From an uncultured delta proteobacterium (GTDB lineage: Bacteria; Myxococcota_A; Polyangia; Haliangiales; Haliangiaceae), in assembly GCA_963743525.1 (NCBI GenBank), contig CAVUQH010000004.1:576001-640000 (forward strand): a DNA stretch of 64,000 nucleotides, written 5' to 3'. The notes under the pieces are model-generated. The model saw only the letters and a program-made list of their open reading frames with translations, did not search any database and was not told the DNA's origin. Positions 60,092 to 64,000 of this stretch are shown piece by piece (positions within the stretch are counted from its first letter, which is position 1; each line of letters opens with the position of its first letter). Position numbers and translations under genes: made by a program.

Positions 60092-60955
60092 TCACATGGC
60101 GTCGGCGGTACCCGCGTCCGGCGTCGGTCCGGCGTCCGGCGCGTTCGGATCGCACTGCGGCGTGGATGCCAGGAACAGCGTCTGCGACCCCAGCTGCCGG
60201 GTCAGGCCGGCGCCCGGGATGATCAGATCGGCCGTGCGCGAGTAGCAGTCGAGGCCGGACTTCTGGCCGCGGATGTCGAGCATGTGCGCCCCCGACGCCG
60301 CGCCGGTGACCGAGAAGGTGACGTCCTTGTCGTAGCAGCCAATGGTCGCGCCGGCGCAGTCGGACTGGTAGTCCGGCGGCGGGCTGGCGGTGCCGTCGTC
60401 GATGGCGAAGGTGGTCGGCACGCAGCTGCCGGTGCCGTCGAGCAGGCGAATCTCGAGCTGGGTCAGGGCGCCGCCGCCGGCGGCGACCGTGTCGCAGTTG
60501 CCTGCGGTGGCCCCGGTGTCGACGCGGAAGCTGAAGTTGCCGCTGGGATCGACGGCGAACACCTGCTCGCCCAGGGCGACGTCCTGATTGGTGACCACCT
60601 CGACTCCCGACATGACGGCGCTGGTCGCCAGGGTGCCCAGGGTCGAGCTGAGGCGCACGGTGACGTCGTAGGTGCCGGGGGTGATGCCGGTGGCGGTGCC
60701 GCTGCCGTCGCCGCAGGTGAACGGCGCGCTCACCGCGAACCCGCCGGCGGTCGGCTGGGCGGTGATCGTCACCGAGCCGGCGGCGACGTCGTCACACGTC
60801 AGATCGTTGCCGCCCATGTCGGTGATGCGCCACGTGAGGCTCATCGTTCCGTTCTTCACTGCCGCGTCGGCCGTGCCGGCGTCGGGAGTGTTGCCGCCAC
60901 CACCACAACCGGTCGCGAGCGCGATGACGAGGAGAATCTTGGTCGAACCGGACAT
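60092..60955 (-). CDS. Hypothetical lipoprotein
   Basis: LATGC lipobox; Cys-containing beta-rich domains. Confidence 0.8.
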   Translation of the reverse strand: MSGSTKILLVIALATGCGGGGNTPDAGTADAAVKNGTMSLTWRITDMGGNDLTCDDVAAGSVTITAQPTAGGFAVSAPFTCGDGSGTATGITPGTYDVTVRLSSTLGTLATSAVMSGVEVVTNQDVALGEQVFAVDPSGNFSFRVDTGATAGNCDTVAAGGGALTQLEIRLLDGTGSCVPTTFAIDDGTASPPPDYQSDCAGATIGCYDKDVTFSVTGAASGAHMLDIRGQKSGLDCYSRTADLIIPGAGLTRQLGSQTLFLASTPQCDPNAPDAGPTPDAGTADAM

Positions 60956-61091
60956 GCGTCGCTCCTTGCTCCTGGCGAGCGCATGTTACCTCATCCCCGA
61001 CGCGTCGGCGCGCCGGCGGTTCGGCTACACATTTTCGATTGTCCGACCCACCTGCTACTGTGGTAAGCACCAGCTCGAGTTGGGGGAAGCG

Positions 61092-61589
61092 ATGGCAGGA
61101 CACGACCTCGGACTGACTCTGCGCCGCGCGGACGACGATGAAGCCGCCGCGATAGCAGACCTGGTCAACCGCGCGTACCAGGTCGAGGAGTTCTTCGTCG
61201 AAGGCAACCGCACGACGGTCGACGAGATCCGCGAGCTCCAGGAGGGAGGCTACTTCCTGGTTCTCGACTACGTCGACGGGGGCCTGGCCGCCTCGGTCTA
61301 CGTCCAGGTCGACGGCGACCGCGGCTACTTCGGCATGCTTTCGGTTGACCCGGACCTGCAGGGCAGCGGTCTGGGGCGCCGGTTGATCGGCGTGGCCGAG
61401 GCGCTGGCCGAGGCCGCAGGCTGCCGGGCAATGGACCTGCAGGTGGTCAACCTGCGCCGCGAGCTGCCGCCGTGGTACCGCAGCCTCGGCTACCGAGACT
61501 GTGGTACGGCGCCGTTTCCGGTCGAGGCCGATCCCAAGCAGCCGTGCCACTTCATCCGCATGACCAAGACGCTCGGCCATCCGGCCTAG
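61092..61589 (+). CDS. GNAT family acetyltransferase
   Basis: LSVDPDLQGSGLGRRL, WYRSLGY. Confidence 0.92.
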   Translation: MAGHDLGLTLRRADDDEAAAIADLVNRAYQVEEFFVEGNRTTVDEIRELQEGGYFLVLDYVDGGLAASVYVQVDGDRGYFGMLSVDPDLQGSGLGRRLIGVAEALAEAAGCRAMDLQVVNLRRELPPWYRSLGYRDCGTAPFPVEADPKQPCHFIRMTKTLGHPA

Positions 61590-61606
61590 AGCGCTGGCAG
61601 GCGGGG

Positions 61607-61726
61607 TCAAGCGGACAGACGCGGGCGGCTCATCCGCTCGGCACGGGCCATGTGCACCATCACGATGACGGTGCCCACGGTGTAGTCCGAGATGAGGCCA
61701 CTCAGGTTCACGATGCGGCGGAACAT
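61607..61726 (-). CDS. Putative 39-aa small protein (not in the ORF track)
   Basis: RBS AAGGTG, MFRRIVNLSGLISDYTVGTVIVMVHMARAERMSRPRLSA*, mostly G/C-ending codons. Confidence 0.5.
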   Translation of the reverse strand: MFRRIVNLSGLISDYTVGTVIVMVHMARAERMSRPRLSA

Positions 61727-61806
61727 GGTTTCACCTTGCCAAATGATTGTTTCTGCTGGATGTCGGGGCTGTGAATTGTTGATGGAGCTTCGATGACGAG
61801 AAGGGC

Positions 61807-63192
61807 CTAGGCCCCGGCCGCCGCGTCAGCGAGCGACCGGGACCGAACCTCGGCACGTGTGATTTCGGCGGCCTTCATCCAGTTGCCGCGCCATAGACGC
61901 CACCAGAACAACCCGGCGCCGACGAAGATTTCCAGGCACAGCCCGAGCCAGCCGCCCAGGGCGCCCAGGCCCAGCCTGACCCCGAAGAACCAGGCCAGCG
62001 GTGGCACGCAGACCCAGGCGGTGACGATGCCGATGACCGCCGGGAAGCGGACGTCGCCGGTGCCGCGGAGGATGCCGCGCGCGACCACGTTGGCGCCGTC
62101 GGCGACCTGGAAGATCGCCGCGATGGCCAACAGCGACGCCGTCACCTGCACCAGCTGCGGGTCGTCCAGGGAGGCGGCCAGCGCCCGGGGAGCGATGACG
62201 ACGAACAGCAGCGTGCAGAAGCCGGTGTAGACCGCTGCCAGCAGCAGCGCCCGCACGCCGACGGCGCGCACCAGGTCGTCGCGCTCGGCTCCCACCGCCT
62301 GTCCGGCCAGCACCGAGCCGGCCTCGGCCAGTGCCCAGGCGGGCAGGAACGAGAAGTGGAGCGCCTGGATGGCCAGCTGGTGGGCGGCCATCTGCACCGG
62401 GGTCATGCCGGCGATGATGGCGCTCAGCAGCGAGAACGAGCCGACCTCGAGCAGGAACTGCACGCCGGTGGGCACGCCCACCCGCCAGACCGACGCCACG
62501 TGGGCGCGCACCCGACGGAGCTGGCGCCAGGGCTCGGCGCCGGCCACGTACAGCAGCACGGCGCACTCGAACACCACGCCCGCCACCGTCGCCCACGCCG
62601 CGCCGGCGACACCGCCGTCGAGGAGGATGATGAAAACGTAGTCGAGCAGGATGTTGAGCAGGTTGGCGCTGACCGCCGCGATCATCGGGCTGCGGGCGTC
62701 ACTCAGGCCGTAGCGCGACTCGCGCAGGGCGACGTAGACCAGCAGCACCGGGGCCGACAGGATGCGGATGACCATGTAGTGCGCGGCCAGCGCACCGGTA
62801 TCGGGCGACGACGCCAGCTCGGCGACCAGCGGGCTGACGATCAGCCCGACCGCGGTGGTAACCACGCCCAGTCCGAGGGCGAGCAACAGCCCGGCCGCGG
62901 TGTAGCGACCCGCCTCGGCCTCGTGACCGGCGCCGACCGCCTGCGAAACCAGGATTTTGACCCCGCGAAGCAGGCCCATGGAGAAGCAGAGGAAGGTGAA
63001 GGCGGCCACGCCGCCGAGACCGACGGCGGCCAGCGGTCCGCGACCCAGGCCGGCAACGTAGATGGTGTTGACCAGGGTCATGGCGCTGTACGACAACGCC
63101 GTCACCGCGATCGGCCAGGCCAGGCGTATCAGCTCGGCCATCGGACGCTCGGTCCAGGATAATGAAGGCAATCGATTTTCCGGGGATGACAT
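61807..63192 (-). CDS. MATE family efflux transporter
   Basis: LAWP, about 12 TMs, N..LDY.FI…GVAGAAWAT, GQAVGA, FQVADG…GILRG.GD. Confidence 0.95.
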   Translation of the reverse strand: MSSPENRLPSLSWTERPMAELIRLAWPIAVTALSYSAMTLVNTIYVAGLGRGPLAAVGLGGVAAFTFLCFSMGLLRGVKILVSQAVGAGHEAEAGRYTAAGLLLALGLGVVTTAVGLIVSPLVAELASSPDTGALAAHYMVIRILSAPVLLVYVALRESRYGLSDARSPMIAAVSANLLNILLDYVFIILLDGGVAGAAWATVAGVVFECAVLLYVAGAEPWRQLRRVRAHVASVWRVGVPTGVQFLLEVGSFSLLSAIIAGMTPVQMAAHQLAIQALHFSFLPAWALAEAGSVLAGQAVGAERDDLVRAVGVRALLLAAVYTGFCTLLFVVIAPRALAASLDDPQLVQVTASLLAIAAIFQVADGANVVARGILRGTGDVRFPAVIGIVTAWVCVPPLAWFFGVRLGLGALGGWLGLCLEIFVGAGLFWWRLWRGNWMKAAEITRAEVRSRSLADAAAGA

Positions 63193-63218
63193 CGGAGGTC
63201 TCCGTCCGCGACGCGGAC

Positions 63219-63255
63219 AAAAAAAAGCGGGCTTCGACGTGTTGTCGAAGCCCGC
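63219..63255 (-). terminator. Intrinsic terminator in the MATE 5' leader (attenuator)
   Basis: gcgggcttcgac-aacac-gtcgaagcccgc + T8 on the minus strand, ending 26 nt before the MATE start. Confidence 0.85.
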
Positions 63256-63284
63256 GGAGAGCGGCGATATGGGTCCTCTTCAGA

Positions 63285-63425
63285 CTAGGAGACGTTCCTC
63301 CGAGGAGCGGCCCGCCGCGGGCTTTGGTGCTCGATCGCGCCGTACTGCGCGACCGACTTCACCGACATGAAGACAGCGACGCGCGGGGCGCGGAGCTTGC
63401 AAATGTCGGTGCACGGGCGGGTCAT
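63285..63425 (-). CDS. Candidate leader peptide upstream of the MATE attenuator
   Basis: MTRPCTDICKLRAPRV…QSPRRAAPRRNVS*; contains the anti-terminator segment 63315-63324. Confidence 0.4.
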   Translation of the reverse strand: MTRPCTDICKLRAPRVAVFMSVKSVAQYGAIEHQSPRRAAPRRNVS

Positions 63426-63563
63426 GAAACGTTCCTGATGAAAAATTCCGGTCTCTCTATCCAGGTGCCATGCGGTGCGCGAGGAGTCAACGACGAACCT
63501 CGGACCGTTACAAAAAATTACGAGTCGTAGATCCAACCGCCGAGCACGCGCGTGTCCAACGAT

Positions 63564-64000
63564 GTGCGCCCGCTAGCGATCTGCCTCCTCACGTGCTTCG
63601 CATGGCCGGGGCTCGCCCGGGCGCAAGCGCCGGTCGAACGCCCGATCGAGGCCCACATCGTCTCCCGCGCCACCGGCAGCGACCGCCCCGCCGACGAGTC
63701 TCCCAAACGCGAGCGGGCCGACGTCGGCGTCACGATGTACGCGGTGCTGGTCACCGAAGCGCACGGCCACCGGCGCTACTACAGTGATGCCGGTCGCATC
63801 CGCCTGCGGGGCAAGACCCTCGTCGCCCGTCCACTGAAGGATGCGCCCCCTGCCCTGTTCGCCTGGTTCAAGGTCGAGCCGGCCGTCGACGATCTGTCGA
63901 ACACCTCGAGCGGCCATTTCCACGTCGAGCGGATCGACTACGACGAGGTGTTCGTTCCCGGCTGGCTCTGGCAGTCGACGGTCGCGGCCGACGTCCACCC
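63564..64000 (+). CDS. Secreted hypothetical protein, runs off the window end
   Basis: VRPLAICLLTCFAWPGLARA/QAP signal peptide; open frame to the end. Confidence 0.7.
   Translation, partial: MRPLAICLLTCFAWPGLARAQAPVERPIEAHIVSRATGSDRPADESPKRERADVGVTMYAVLVTEAHGHRRYYSDAGRIRLRGKTLVARPLKDAPPALFAWFKVEPAVDDLSNTSSGHFHVERIDYDEVFVPGWLWQSTVAADVH

Noticed and set aside
58985..61066. 693-aa plus-strand ORF
   Set aside because: Antisense shadow of corA and the lipoprotein gene, typical of high-GC codon bias

Overview
High-GC window from a myxobacterium. The assignment to Myxococcota (Haliangium/Kofleriaceae-like) is inferred from MYXO-CTERM tails, Cys-rich myxococcal repeats, FHA-sigma54 activators and a GltJ/AgmX-like gene. 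1-14 kb: secreted/lipoprotein genes (the first ~5 kb heavily frameshifted) plus a Ser/Thr kinase-STAND, PEGA/TPR and FHA-sigma54 signalling cluster. 14.1-30.7 kb: a tandem pair of related genomic islands at tRNA-Cys(GCA). Island B (20.3-30.6 kb) carries a tyrosine integrase, excisionase, WYL regulator, HUH/RAYT transposase with 46-bp tandem repeats and decaying lipoprotein cargo. Island A (14.1-20.3 kb) has no integrase but keeps both att arms, and carries a LysM/peptidoglycan-binding lethal-factor-like metalloprotease operon. 30.8-64 kb: backbone genes (cls, IPT/TIG protein, PHP phosphatase, ltaE, a duplicated Mla/Mce system interrupted by a Cyc2-like cytochrome-porin cluster, four-helix-bundle cassette, gltJ/agmX-like, purA, hisZ, nif3, corA, GNAT, and a MATE pump with an attenuator-like leader). 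All calls are by eye from motifs; no database searches were run.
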